Positions 1 through 8,644 of a DNA stretch of 45,055 nucleotides are shown piece after piece. The DNA comes from an uncultured delta proteobacterium (lineage in GTDB: Bacteria; Desulfobacterota; Syntrophobacteria; BM002). The notes beneath the pieces are model-generated. The model did not search any database. It was not told the origin of the DNA and worked only from the letters and a program-made list of their open reading frames with translations. Location: assembly GCA_963712115.1 (NCBI GenBank), contig CAVQGX010000064.1, forward strand, positions 1 to 45,055. The letters are read 5' to 3'. The first letter of the stretch is position 1, and every line of letters begins with the position of its first letter. The position numbers and the translations under genes were made by a program.

Positions 1-197
1 CCCTCACTGTTATGGTGGAGGTAAATGAAAGGATTTTTTCTGACGAAGTCAAGAACCTTCAGGCGATGGAACGAAGTTTAGAAAAGAATATCAAGGAACT
101 GCTGGGGGTTGCTGCCAAGGTCAGGCTGGTAGAGCCTAAATCAATTCAAAGGACTGAAGGCAAGGCTGTCCGGGTAATAGACAAGAGAAAAATCTAG
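1..197 (+). CDS. paaK: Phenylacetate-CoA ligase family protein, C-terminal fragment (gene starts before the window)
   Basis: C-terminus [23 protein letters not shown] is typical of PaaK and keeps the A10 lysine; followed by the usual ACT-domain gene. Confidence 0.85.
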   Translation, partial: LTVMVEVNERIFSDEVKNLQAMERSLEKNIKELLGVAAKVRLVEPKSIQRTEGKAVRVIDKRKI

Positions 198-283
198 CCC
201 GCTCAGCCCATAGCGATGATACTACCTTAAACCCTTGCCTCGCCCTGCCAAATAGGACTTCCTGCGTCTGTCCGGCAAATTCT

Positions 284-323
284 TTCCCCTCCCCTGGCGG
301 GAGGGGACGAAGGGGAGGGGGAA
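284..323. repeat. REP-like GC-rich palindrome
   Basis: CCCCTCCC-ctggc-GGGAGGGG hairpin (286-306) plus a second complementary arm AGGGGAGGGGGAA (311-323). Confidence 0.6.
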
Positions 324-369
324 ATTCAACAGGGCAGGTGAAAAGGGGTTACGCCAGAGGAGGGATACC

Positions 370-801
370 ATGAAGGTTGAGCAAATCTCCATATTCTTGG
401 AGAACAAGGCTGGAAGACTTGCTGAGGTTACCGGAATTCTGGGGAAGGCCGAAATCAACATCCGCGCTTTATCTCTGGCTGACACCTCTGATTTCGGCAT
501 CCTGCGGCTCATTGTTAACGACCACGAGAAAGCCAAGAAAGTGCTCAAAGAACATGGCTTCACCGTGGGGAGAACCGAGGTCGTAGCCGTGGAAGTGGAG
601 GACCGGCCCGGGGGTCTGAACAACATTCTGCAAATTCTTTTCGACGGTGGGATTAACGTTGAGTACATGTATGCATTTGTTCAACAAAGCGGTCAAAATG
701 CGGTGCTTATTTTCCGCTTTGACAATGCTGACAGTGCGGTGGAGGTTTTGACACGGAATGGAGTTACGGTTATCGAGGGCGAGAAACTATACGCCATGTA
801 A
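370..801 (+). CDS. Tandem ACT-domain protein (PaaK-associated)
   Basis: [13 protein letters not shown] and [11 protein letters not shown] repeats; RBS GGAGG upstream. Confidence 0.9.
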   Translation: MKVEQISIFLENKAGRLAEVTGILGKAEINIRALSLADTSDFGILRLIVNDHEKAKKVLKEHGFTVGRTEVVAVEVEDRPGGLNNILQILFDGGINVEYMYAFVQQSGQNAVLIFRFDNADSAVEVLTRNGVTVIEGEKLYAM

Positions 802-824
802 ATGAGATTTCATCAGGGTTGCAC

Positions 825-988
825 AACCACATAGGGCACAAAGGATATTTGAGATTGGAGATTTTAGATTGTAGAGTGGCTTAAGTAGGCACGAGAAGGT
901 TCTGAAATCCCCGCCCGCCATGCGAGCAAGGCGAGGCGGGCGGGTGCAATCTACAATCAATAATCTGAAATTCTAACTCTCTGTGGTT
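825..988. repeat. Nested inverted-repeat cassette (9-mer arms, 7-mer arms, GC palindrome)
   Basis: AACCACATAGGGCACAAAG...CTCTCTGTGGTT encloses (GAGATTT-like)n...(CAATCT-like)n arms, interrupted by CCCGCCCGCC...GGCGGGCGGG. Confidence 0.7.
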
Positions 989-1055
989 CAAACTCCAGTC
1001 TGATGGTTAGTTCTAAGTTCGATAATCAGTGGTGAGGGAAAAAGGAGGGTGGAGA

Positions 1056-2225
1056 ATGAAACAGGGTAAGAGGAAAAGGTTGCTGATTTTGGCAGTGATG
1101 CTGCTGGCAATATTTCTGATATCTAGCAGTTGCGCCAAAAAAGAAGAACCCAAGGCTCCTTACAAGATCGGCGGTATTTTTGCGATCACCGGGCCAGCAT
1201 CGTTTTTGGGCGAGCCGGAGCGCAACTCCATGGAACTTCTTGCTGAGCAGATAAACGCTGGCGGAGGCATCAACGGGCATCCCATCGAGCTGGTGATCTA
1301 CGATACCGAAGGGGACGCCACCAAGGCGGTGCTCAATGCCAACAAACTAATCGAGAAGGATAATGTCTTGGCCATTGTGGGTCCCTCCAGGAGTGGCACA
1401 ACCCTGGCGGTGATGCCCATTGTGGAAAAAGCGCAGGTGCCACTAATTTCTTGTGCAGCTTCAGTTAAAATCACCACTCCGGTGAAAAGCTGGGTCTTCA
1501 AAACACCGCAAACCGATGTGATGGCGGTGGCCAAAATCTATGACTATATCAAGGGCCAGGGTGTTAAGAAAATTGCCATCCTGACGGTGAGCAATGCTTT
1601 TGGCGATAGCGGTAGGCAGCAGTTGCTCGAACAATCAGCAGACTATGGCTATGAGATAGTTGCTGATGAAAGTTTCGGGCCACAAGACACAGACATGACC
1701 CCTCAGCTCACTAAGATTAGGGCTTTGAAACCGCAGGCGATCATTTGTTGGGGGACTAACCCCGGTCCCGCGGTAATTGCCAAGAACATGCGGCAGCTAG
1801 GTATCAAGATTCCCCTTTATCAGAGCCATGGTGTTGCATCCAAAAAATTCATCGAGCTCGCGGGCGAGGCAGCTGATGGCATCATTTTACCCACCGGCAA
1901 GATTCTCGTGGCCGGAGATCTGGCTGATTCCGATCCCCAAAAGCAAATTCTGCAGAAGTACATTGCCGACTACGAGGCAAAATACCAAGTGGCGGTCTCC
2001 GGTTTCGGTGGCTATGCCTGGGATGGTTTGCAGATCCTTGCTCAAGCCCTCGAAAAAGCGGGGGATGACCGGGCCAAAATTCGCGATGAAGTCGAGAAAA
2101 TCGATGGATATGTGGGGATAAGTGGCATATTTCGATTCTCCCCACAAGATCATAACGGCCTTGATAAAGATGAGGCCTTCGTGATGGTTAAAATAGCGGA
2201 AGGCGACTGGCAGATTATTCAGTAG
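1056..2225 (+). CDS. livK: Branched-chain amino acid-type ABC transporter substrate-binding lipoprotein
   Basis: Signal peptide with Cys (ISSSC); INAGGGINGHPIEL and periplasmic binding protein type-1 motifs; ATG at 1056 after GGAGG. Confidence 0.9.
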   Translation: MKQGKRKRLLILAVMLLAIFLISSSCAKKEEPKAPYKIGGIFAITGPASFLGEPERNSMELLAEQINAGGGINGHPIELVIYDTEGDATKAVLNANKLIEKDNVLAIVGPSRSGTTLAVMPIVEKAQVPLISCAASVKITTPVKSWVFKTPQTDVMAVAKIYDYIKGQGVKKIAILTVSNAFGDSGRQQLLEQSADYGYEIVADESFGPQDTDMTPQLTKIRALKPQAIICWGTNPGPAVIAKNMRQLGIKIPLYQSHGVASKKFIELAGEAADGIILPTGKILVAGDLADSDPQKQILQKYIADYEAKYQVAVSGFGGYAWDGLQILAQALEKAGDDRAKIRDEVEKIDGYVGISGIFRFSPQDHNGLDKDEAFVMVKIAEGDWQIIQ

Positions 2226-2239
2226 GGGTTATTTTAAGA

Positions 2240-2320
2240 CACCAAGGGCACGAAGGATCACGAAGATTCAAGCAATCTAAAATTGTTTGCTTCTTTGTGG
2301 TCTTCGTGCTCTTTGTGGTG
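2240..2320. repeat. Inverted 9-mer tandem repeat pair
   Basis: CACCAAGGGCACGAAGGATCACGAAG ... CTTTGTGGTCTTCGTGCTCTTTGTGGTG. Confidence 0.7.
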
Positions 2321-2364
2321 AAAGAGCCCAGTTTTACTAAATTTTAGACATTTCGCATTCGACT

Positions 2365-3249
2365 ATGGATCTAAGCGTCCAGATTCTCCAGTATATAATT
2401 TCCGGTATTACCATCGGTGCCATTTACGCGGTTATCGCTCTGGGTTTTACCATCATCTATAATTCCACTGAGGTGATCAACTTTGCCCAGGGTGAATTTG
2501 TCATGCTGGGCGGCATGGCGGTTATCGCCCTGAACAGTATTGGTCTTTTGCCCCTCGGTTTGAGTTTTATCCTGGCAGTTCTGTCTGTGACCCTGGTGGG
2601 GGTCGTATTGGAACGCTTTACCATCCGTCCAGCCAGGAGTTCTAATCCCATAACCCTAATCATTACTACCGTAGGCGCTTCAATTTTTCTTCGCGGCATG
2701 GCCATGATGCTGTGGGGGAAAGATGCGCTGGGGCTTAAACCCTTTACCGGTTCCGATCCAATCCACCTTGGTGGTGCCACCCTGGTTCCGCAAAGCCTTT
2801 GGGTATTGGGAGTGACCATGGTGGTGACGGCGTCCCTTCAGTTCTTTTATAAACGCACAATAACGGGGAAGGCTATGCGCGCTTGTGCCTTCAATCGACG
2901 GGCGGCAAGTTTAGTGGGTATAAGTGTGAACCGTATGGTTTCGGTCTCCTTCGCTTTGAGCGCCGCTATTGGGGCGGCCGCAGGAATCGTTATTGTTCCC
3001 ATCACCTTGTGCGGCTATGACGTGGGAACTATGCTCGGTCTTAAAGGTTTTTGCGCCGCTGTATTGGGTGGCCTAGGAAGCAGCCCTGGGTCCATCCTCG
3101 GCGGTTTTCTGCTAGGGGTATTGGAGGCTCTGGGTGCCGGCCTGATCAGCTCTGGATTCAAGGATGCCATAGCATTTTTCGTGCTGCTCCTGGTGCTCTT
3201 CCTTCGACCCAGCGGCCTGCTGGGGCCGAAGCAAGTCAAGAAGTTCTGA
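2365..3249 (+). CDS. livH: BCAA-type ABC transporter permease
   Basis: GAIYAVIALGFTIIY, INFAQGEF, GKAMRA, RPSGLLG motifs. Confidence 0.92.
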   Translation: MDLSVQILQYIISGITIGAIYAVIALGFTIIYNSTEVINFAQGEFVMLGGMAVIALNSIGLLPLGLSFILAVLSVTLVGVVLERFTIRPARSSNPITLIITTVGASIFLRGMAMMLWGKDALGLKPFTGSDPIHLGGATLVPQSLWVLGVTMVVTASLQFFYKRTITGKAMRACAFNRRAASLVGISVNRMVSVSFALSAAIGAAAGIVIVPITLCGYDVGTMLGLKGFCAAVLGGLGSSPGSILGGFLLGVLEALGAGLISSGFKDAIAFFVLLLVLFLRPSGLLGPKQVKKF

Positions 3250-3369
3250 TCATGAAAAGGGCACAAGGCACAGGGCATAGGGCATGGAGCATAGAGTCAA
3301 AACATTTCGAAATTCGAATTCGAAATCACTATATCTGGATTCTGACTACTGGCTCTTTGCAATATTGGA

Positions 3370-4353
3370 GTGAGAACATTGATCCGGTTACTTAAATATA
3401 AATGGTTTCAGGTGGGTACCTTCGGGCTGGTTTTGGCTCTTCTGCCTTTGGTGCTGACGAACCGCTACTACCTTAACGTGATGATCTTTATCGGCATCCA
3501 CACTCTGTTGGTTGTAGGGCTAAACCTATTGATGGGATATGCCGGTCAGATCAGTCTCGGTCACGCTGCTTTTTTTGGGCTTGGAGCTTACACTTCCGGC
3601 ATTCTAACTGCTACTTACCATGTGTCACCCTGGCCGGCCATGGTGGCGGCTGTTGCCCTCACAGCGGTAGTAGCCTTGGTGGTGGGCATTCCCGCCCTAA
3701 AGCTTACCGGGTATTACCTTGCCATGGCCACCCTCGGCTTCGGCATAATTGTTCACATTTGTTTCAAGGAATTCAACTACCTTACCGGCGGTCCTTCAGG
3801 TTTGGTTGGCATCCCTGCACTTGCCATAGGATCCATAATTCTTGATGAGCCGGCAAGCTATTACTACCTGGTGTGGTTTACTACACTTGCAGCTTTAGCT
3901 CTGAGCCTCAATATCGTAGATTCTAGAGTAGGAAGAGCCTTGCGCGCCATCCACGACAGTGAATCAGCGGCCCGTGCTTCGGGTATTTATACCTCACGAC
4001 TGAAAATCTGGGTATTTGTCATAAGCGCTGTCTACGCCTCGGTGGCAGGAAGTCTCTATGCCCATTTCATCACCTTCATCAGCCCTGGTTCCTTTGACTT
4101 CATGTTCTCAATAAAGTTGGTTACCATGGTTGTGGTGGGCGGCATGGCATCCATTTGGGGGGCGGTGTTTGGCGCTGCTACTCTTACTTTACTTCCGGAA
4201 GTGCTGGCCGTGTTTCACGACTACGACATCGTTATCTTTGGACTCATTCTCATGGTGGTTATGATCTTTTTGCCCCAGGGACTGACGCGAGGTGCTTTGG
4301 ATCTCCTGGAAAAATACCGGTTCCGCCGCGGAGTCGCTGGGGAATCTGTTTAG
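3370..4353 (+). CDS. livM: BCAA-type ABC transporter permease
   Basis: GYAGQISLGHAAFFGLGAY, YLAMATLGFG, TGGPSG motifs. Confidence 0.92.
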   Translation: MRTLIRLLKYKWFQVGTFGLVLALLPLVLTNRYYLNVMIFIGIHTLLVVGLNLLMGYAGQISLGHAAFFGLGAYTSGILTATYHVSPWPAMVAAVALTAVVALVVGIPALKLTGYYLAMATLGFGIIVHICFKEFNYLTGGPSGLVGIPALAIGSIILDEPASYYYLVWFTTLAALALSLNIVDSRVGRALRAIHDSESAARASGIYTSRLKIWVFVISAVYASVAGSLYAHFITFISPGSFDFMFSIKLVTMVVVGGMASIWGAVFGAATLTLLPEVLAVFHDYDIVIFGLILMVVMIFLPQGLTRGALDLLEKYRFRRGVAGESV

Positions 4354-4419
4354 GGCAGGTGATAGGCAAGAGGGAGTTACACCTGTGGTCTTACTCGCTG
4401 TTTTTCACTGGAAGTTTGG

Positions 4420-5226
4420 TTGTCATCGGAGAAAGCCGTGAAGGCAGAGGCGACGACGATACCTCTTCTGAAAGCAGAAAATGTTTCCAAGTCTTTTGGC
4501 GGTATTCATGCTGTCCGCCAGGTCAGTTTTGAGGTTTGCAAGGGACAGATAAAAGGCATTATAGGTCCCAACGGTGCCGGCAAAACCACCTTGTTTAACC
4601 TTATCACCGGTTTTTATCCCACTGACGACGGCGCTATATACTTCAATGGTCACAAGCTAAATGGCCTGGGACCACACCAGGTGGCTGAACTCGGCATTGC
4701 CCGGACATTTCAAAACGTGGAGCTTTTTGACCGGATGACCGTGCTGGAAAATATCATGGTGGGTCGACACCCAAGGACCAGTGCCGGCTTCATCGGCGCC
4801 GCACTGCGCTTGTCACGCCACCGGAAGGAGGAGGGGTGCATCAGGCAAGATGGTTTGGAGATGCTGAACTTTATTGGCCTGGGGGAGCGGGCCGGCAGCC
4901 CCAGTTCTGTTTTGCCCTTCGGACTTCAGAGGATACTAGAGATCGGTAGGGCCCTTGCCACCGACCCCCTTCTGTTATTGCTGGACGAGCCCGCTTCCGG
5001 GCTCAACGCGGCAGAAACCCGCGAGCTGGGACAATTGATCTGCCGGATTCGGGATCGGGGAATTACCGTAGTTTTGGTAGAACACGACATGAGCCTAACC
5101 ATGGAAGTGTGCGACGAGATCCTAGTAATGGACTATGGGCGCACCCTGGCGGAAGGCAGTCCGAGGGAGATCCAGCAGAATCAAGCAGTTATTGACGCCT
5201 ATTTAGGGGAAGAACCGGTTGCTTAA
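4420..5226 (+). CDS. livG: BCAA-type ABC transporter ATPase (start codon uncertain)
   Basis: Walker [36 protein letters not shown]. Confidence 0.92.
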   Translation: MSSEKAVKAEATTIPLLKAENVSKSFGGIHAVRQVSFEVCKGQIKGIIGPNGAGKTTLFNLITGFYPTDDGAIYFNGHKLNGLGPHQVAELGIARTFQNVELFDRMTVLENIMVGRHPRTSAGFIGAALRLSRHRKEEGCIRQDGLEMLNFIGLGERAGSPSSVLPFGLQRILEIGRALATDPLLLLLDEPASGLNAAETRELGQLICRIRDRGITVVLVEHDMSLTMEVCDEILVMDYGRTLAEGSPREIQQNQAVIDAYLGEEPVA

Positions 5227-5962
5227 AATTCGTAATCTACAGACCTTCTACGGCAGGATCCGGGTTCTGGACAATGTTTCTCTCTCGGTGAAACCAGGTG
5301 AGATTGTTACTCTCATCGGCGCAAATGGTGCCGGCAAGAGTACAATGCTCAACTGCATCTCCAGTTTAATCCCATCCCGGGAGGGAGAGATCCTCTTTCA
5401 GGGTCAGAGGATAAACGGCCAGCCACCGGAAGCGATAGTTCGTCTGGGCATCTGTCAGATTCCTGAGGGCAGACAGATTTTCCAACCTCTAACGGTACTG
5501 GAAAATCTGGAGTTGGGTGCCTACCTGCGGTTCGGCAGGAGGGAGAGAAGTTCCATTAAGCAAGATTTGAACATGGTTTTTTCCCTATTTCCGGTTCTTT
5601 CAGAAAGGTCGAACCAAATATCCGGCACTCTTTCCGGTGGGGAGCAGCAGATGCTGGCCATCGGTCGGGCGCTCATGTCGCGTCCCAAGCTTCTTTTATT
5701 GGATGAGCCCTCAATGGGCTTGGCTCCAAGATTGGTGGTCGACATCTTTCACACCATATCGAGATTGCGCCGCGAGGGCTTGACCATTCTTGTTGTGGAG
5801 CAAAACGCCAGGGCTGCTTTGAAGATCGCCGACAGAGGATACGTCCTCGAGACAGGTAAAATTATCCTCCAGGGAAGCGCAGCCGAACTCTTGGAGGATC
5901 ACGATGTTAAACGAGCCTATCTGGGCCGAGATTATCGTGAATTTACTGAAGGTAGGTTATAA
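5219..5962 (+). CDS. livF: BCAA-type ABC transporter ATPase
   Basis: GANGAGKST, LSGGEQQMLAIGRALM, LDEPSMGLAP, VEQN. Confidence 0.93.
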   Translation: MLKIRNLQTFYGRIRVLDNVSLSVKPGEIVTLIGANGAGKSTMLNCISSLIPSREGEILFQGQRINGQPPEAIVRLGICQIPEGRQIFQPLTVLENLELGAYLRFGRRERSSIKQDLNMVFSLFPVLSERSNQISGTLSGGEQQMLAIGRALMSRPKLLLLDEPSMGLAPRLVVDIFHTISRLRREGLTILVVEQNARAALKIADRGYVLETGKIILQGSAAELLEDHDVKRAYLGRDYREFTEGRL

Positions 5963-5985
5963 CCAGCTAACGGGGCTAACAATCA

Positions 5986-6157
5986 AACCACGGAGAGCAC
6001 GGAGGGCACAGAGATTTTAGGAGCCATAGTCATGTAATAAGCTGTAATCACTAATAGCAGTAAATGCGGTCAACCTGTGAATGAATAATTGATGCTACCA
6101 CGGTAACGTCAGCGGTTTTATTCTAATTGCTCTGCGATCTCTGCGGTCTCTGTGGTT
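5986..6157. repeat. Inverted 9-mer tandem repeat pair enclosing a ~115 bp spacer
   Basis: AACCACGGAGAGCACGGAGGGCACAGAGA (5986-6014) ... CTCTGCGATCTCTGCGGTCTCTGTGGTT (6130-6157). Confidence 0.72.
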
Positions 6158-6192
6158 AAAATTCCCGTCACTACTCACGGGAGGTTATACAA

Positions 6193-7500
6193 ATGCAGAT
6201 TTGGAATGAAGAAATGGAATGTCAGGATAGAGATGAGTTGACCCAGCTCCAGCTGGAGAGACTGCAATCTACCCTAAATAGGGCTTACAAGAATGTCCCA
6301 TTTTATCGTAACTGTCTGGGAGAAGCCTGCATGGATCCCTCTTCGGTCAGGTCCTTGGCAGATCTCAGCAGCTTGCCACTTACTAGCCGGGAGGATTTGA
6401 GCCAGAATTATCCCTATGGCCTCTTCGCCGTGCCGCTCAAAGATATTGTCCGCATCCACACCGCCACCGGTACTGGAAGCAACCCCACTGTTAGCGGTTA
6501 CACCAACACTGATCTGGGAAACTGGACAGAAATGGTGGCCCGCGCTCTCACCGCTGCCGGGGTAAGTGCCGAAGACATTATTCAGGTCTGCTTCGACCCA
6601 GGGCTTGCCAACTGGGCCAGGGAGTTCATGAGGGGGGCAGAGGCTATTCGGGCCTCGGTCATACCCATGACGCCCCTGGAAATTCCCAAGCAGTTAATGG
6701 TGATGAACGACTACAAGACCTCCGCCCTGGTGACCACACCTTCTTATGCCAGGCAGTTGGTCCGGGAGATGACTAGACTCTCCATCAATCCCCATAGTCT
6801 TTCAATTAAACGGGCACTCCTCTTGGGAGAATTCCTCAGCCAAAGTGGTCGAACCACTCTAGAGAAGGCTCTCCGCATCCAGATCCAGACCGCTTACGGT
6901 CTCAGCGAGGTGCCCGGGCCGGGCATCGCCTACGAATGCCGGGAAAGGATCGGATTGCACCTCAATGAGGATCATTTTATCGCTGAGATAATCGATCCGG
7001 CAAGGGGAGAGGTTTTATCCCCGGGCGCGACCGGGGAGGTGGTTCTCACCAGCCTCACGGCCAAGGCATTTCCTCTGATTCGTTTCAGAACCGGAGACCT
7101 GGCAAGCCTGTCAACCGACGAGTGTTCTTGCACTCGCTCTTTTGCCCGACTGGAACCTGTTCAGGGCCGGGCCGACCGTTTGGTGGTAATTCGCGGCATA
7201 AAACTGCACCCGCAGCTGATTCACGCCGTCATGTCTCGTGCCTGTCAGGGAAAGATCCCGGATTACGTCAGCTTTGTTCGTCGCCTGGAAGACCTTGATA
7301 TACTGGAGATCTTGGTGCAGGTGGACGAAGCCTGCTTTTCCGACGAGATCAAAATGCTCGAGCATCTGGTGCAACTGGCACGGGGGGAGTTGGAACAAAG
7401 CCTTGGAATTCCGGTGAAGGTACGCTTGGTCGAGCCTGGAACCATGGCTGATTACAGCGACCGTCTGGCTCAGATCATCGATGAGCGGACCAACGGCTAA
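6193..7500 (+). CDS. Phenylacetate-CoA ligase-like protein with degenerate active-site motifs
   Basis: YPYGLFAVP, YGLSE, FRTGD retained; P-loop reads TATGTGSNP; no C-terminal A10 lysine. Confidence 0.8.
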   Translation: MQIWNEEMECQDRDELTQLQLERLQSTLNRAYKNVPFYRNCLGEACMDPSSVRSLADLSSLPLTSREDLSQNYPYGLFAVPLKDIVRIHTATGTGSNPTVSGYTNTDLGNWTEMVARALTAAGVSAEDIIQVCFDPGLANWAREFMRGAEAIRASVIPMTPLEIPKQLMVMNDYKTSALVTTPSYARQLVREMTRLSINPHSLSIKRALLLGEFLSQSGRTTLEKALRIQIQTAYGLSEVPGPGIAYECRERIGLHLNEDHFIAEIIDPARGEVLSPGATGEVVLTSLTAKAFPLIRFRTGDLASLSTDECSCTRSFARLEPVQGRADRLVVIRGIKLHPQLIHAVMSRACQGKIPDYVSFVRRLEDLDILEILVQVDEACFSDEIKMLEHLVQLARGELEQSLGIPVKVRLVEPGTMADYSDRLAQIIDERTNG

Positions 7501-7546
7501 CTGATCGGACTTAAAATTAATTTTGCCCTCCCCAGTGAGTATCTTC

Positions 7547-7576
7547 TTGACACCCTCTCTTTTACTCTGATATTTT
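7547..7576 (+). promoter_or_regulatory. Putative sigma70 promoter
   Basis: TTGACA (7547-7552), 18 bp, TGaTATTTT extended -10. Confidence 0.45.
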
Positions 7577-7636
7577 GCCACCATTGACGGAATCCCTTCA
7601 AAATCATTCTAAATTACAGAAAAACTCTAAATTCAT

Positions 7637-7916
7637 TTAACTTGACAATTCCCTGCGGGTCGCCGCTGGGAGATTTACTCAAAGCTAACTTATTGGACTC
7701 TTTTCCGCCCTGTTTTAAGGGGTTCTTTTTGGAATCTAAGTTCCTTTGAATCTAAAAAGCCTGGTCCTTTCCCCGCATAGAGGGATCTTCGATGGGACAG
7801 GTCAGAGTTAAATGGCTTAGCTGGTAAAGATAGCGAGTAGACTTCCGGATGTAGGAAAGACCCTAAAAGCCCCCTCCGGGGGCAACTCATAGCCAGGTCC
7901 TGTGGTCCTGGATTCT
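7637..7916 (+). mobile_element. Non-autonomous IS200/IS605-type remnant
   Basis: Degenerate left end TTAACTTGACAATTCCCTGCGGGTCGCCGCTGGG (7637-7670) matches the left end at 7917-7950; hairpins at 7869-7883 and 7893-7911; no transposase. Confidence 0.6.
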
Positions 7917-8456
7917 TTAACTTGAAAATTCCCCGCAGCTTGCTGCGGGGTCTCTCCCTGTGCTAATCAGGGAGTATGTCAGATGATACAGTAAGCAAAG
8001 GTTACCATTGCGCTTGGCAAATTCACTATCACATCGTATTTCCGGTGAAATACCGCAAAGCATTGTTGGACTTGGAAGTGGTGGAAATCATTGTAGAGAC
8101 GGCTGAAGGTATTGCTGAGAGGTATGCCATTGAGATGGAAGCCATTGGTTGTGACAAAGAACATATACACCTGCTATGTGGTGCCCATCCAAAGATAGCA
8201 CCCGGTAGGATTGTTCAGATATTCAAAAGTATCACGGCACGCGAAATATTTCGACGTAAGCCATCAGTGAAAAAGGAGCTCTGGGGTGGCGAGTTTTGGA
8301 CAGACGGCTACTATGTTGCAACAGTTGGTGAAAGGGCCAACTGGGATACAGTAGAAAAGTACATCAAGAGCCAGGGTAGACCCAAAGCCGATCTCAAACA
8401 ACTCAAACTGTTCGAATAAGGTTTGATACCCTGCAGCTTGCTGCAGGGTCATTCAT
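7917..8456 (+). mobile_element. IS200/IS605-family insertion sequence (tnpA only)
   Basis: Subterminal hairpins CCCCGCAGC-TT-GCTGCGGGG (7931-7950) and ACCCTGCAGC-TT-GCTGCAGGGT (8428-8449) flank tnpA; exact ends inferred. Confidence 0.85.
7976..8419 (+). CDS. tnpA: IS200/IS605 Y1 (HUH) transposase
   Basis: YHIVFPVKYRK, HUH motif HIH, LWGGEFWTDGYY, catalytic YIKSQ. Confidence 0.95.
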   Translation: MSDDTVSKGYHCAWQIHYHIVFPVKYRKALLDLEVVEIIVETAEGIAERYAIEMEAIGCDKEHIHLLCGAHPKIAPGRIVQIFKSITAREIFRRKPSVKKELWGGEFWTDGYYVATVGERANWDTVEKYIKSQGRPKADLKQLKLFE

Positions 8457-8644
8457 TCAGTATTAAAAAATCTCATTTGAGGAGAAAGGGGGTGATGAGG
8501 CGAAAGGCGGACTGTGTCTGAGTCCAGCCGTGGTTATTTCTATAAGCTGGAAAGGAAGAGCTTGGGCTTCAGAGGCTGCAAGTCTGATCAGCTTCGAGCT
8601 CTAGAATGATGGGCGATTATGAAAGGGAGAAAGGAGGATCGGTG

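Noticed and set aside
7917-8456. TnpB/IscB or omega-RNA system
   Set aside because: The right-end hairpin follows the tnpA stop within 10 bp, leaving no room for a nuclease gene.
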